Shown one piece after another: positions 63,389-64,000 of a stretch of 64,000 nucleotides of DNA. The notes under the pieces are model-generated. The model saw only the letters and a list, made by a program, of their open reading frames with translations. It made no database searches and was not told the DNA's origin. Where the stretch lies: contig OY969695.1 in NCBI GenBank assembly GCA_963701965.1, forward strand, positions 928,001 through 992,000, given 5' to 3'. A program made the position numbers and the translations under genes. The first letter of the stretch is position 1. Each line of letters begins with the position of its first letter. Source of the DNA: an uncultured Gemmatimonadales bacterium (lineage in GTDB: Bacteria > Gemmatimonadota > Gemmatimonadetes > Gemmatimonadales > Gemmatimonadaceae).

Positions 63389-64000
63389 ATGGAACTGCTG
63401 GGGCTGCATCATGTAACGGCGGTAACGGCGCAGGCGACCGGCAATCTCCGGTACTACACGGACACGCTCGGACTCCGGCTCGTGAAGAAGACCGTCAACC
63501 AGGACAATGTGTCCGCGTATCATCTGTTCTACGGCGATCGGGCGGGCCGACCTGGCAGCGAGGTGACATTCTTCGACTGGGCGGAGTCGCCGCGGCACCG
63601 GAGCGGCGCCCGGGAGATCGGCCAGATCGGGCTCCGGGTCCCGCATGCGGACGCCCTGAAGTGGTGGCAATCGCGGGTCGGGGGCGAGGTGACGACCGTC
63701 GCCGGCCGCTCGACGCTCGCCTTTACGGATCCTGAAGGCCAGCGCCTGGCGCTCGTCGCGGCGGGCGCCGACCCGGCAGCCGAGGCGTGGGCGGGGGGCG
63801 CGGTGCCCGCCGAAGTCGCGATCCAGGGACTGGGGCCGATCACCCTGGTCGTCGACGAGGCCCACGCGACGGTCGATCTGCTCACGACGGTGATGGGGTT
63901 CCGGCGCATGGGAGGCGAGGGGCAGTTGCAAGCGTTCGTCACGGGCCCGGGCGGCGCGGGCACCGAGGTGCACGTGGTCGAGCGGCCGGACTTGGGACAG
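63389..64000 (+). CDS. VOC-family ring-cleaving dioxygenase, runs off the window end
   Basis: MELLGLHHVTA..LGLRLVKKTVNQD..YHLFYGD..PGSEVTFFDW. Confidence 0.9.
   Translation, partial: MELLGLHHVTAVTAQATGNLRYYTDTLGLRLVKKTVNQDNVSAYHLFYGDRAGRPGSEVTFFDWAESPRHRSGAREIGQIGLRVPHADALKWWQSRVGGEVTTVAGRSTLAFTDPEGQRLALVAAGADPAAEAWAGGAVPAEVAIQGLGPITLVVDEAHATVDLLTTVMGFRRMGGEGQLQAFVTGPGGAGTEVHVVERPDLGQ

Overview
This is a GC-rich bacterial window whose flanking gene content suggests a Gemmatimonadota-like host (inference only). A ~47 kb integrative conjugative element (about 6622-53970) is inserted in comM/yifB. The gene halves rejoin in frame (..VNLSP|ADVVKRG..) at a shared 7-bp core GCCGGGG, next to a large serine recombinase. 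The element carries a trbBCDEJLFGI-traG-traF T4SS operon, mobC plus relaxase, many XRE/HTH regulators, an ECF sigma/FecR pair and a defence-like cargo block. It also carries an IS21 (5-bp TSD) whose istB is interrupted at its Walker A motif by a 2.65-kb serine-recombinase element. Three observations stand out. (1) An unannotated 42-aa Cys-flanked lipopeptide gene converges on a 428-aa TPR protein beside divergent XRE repressors, and a shared TTGC-N6-GCAA palindrome lies upstream of both genes and of a lipoprotein operon; this is a candidate Rap/Phr-like peptide signalling system. (2) A small gene of the nested element only gains its RBS and ATG after excision and circularisation. (3) The ICE integrase C-terminus changes with integration state. 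Many single-base frameshifts, probably sequencing errors, make some coordinates approximate. No rRNA, tRNA or CRISPR array was seen.
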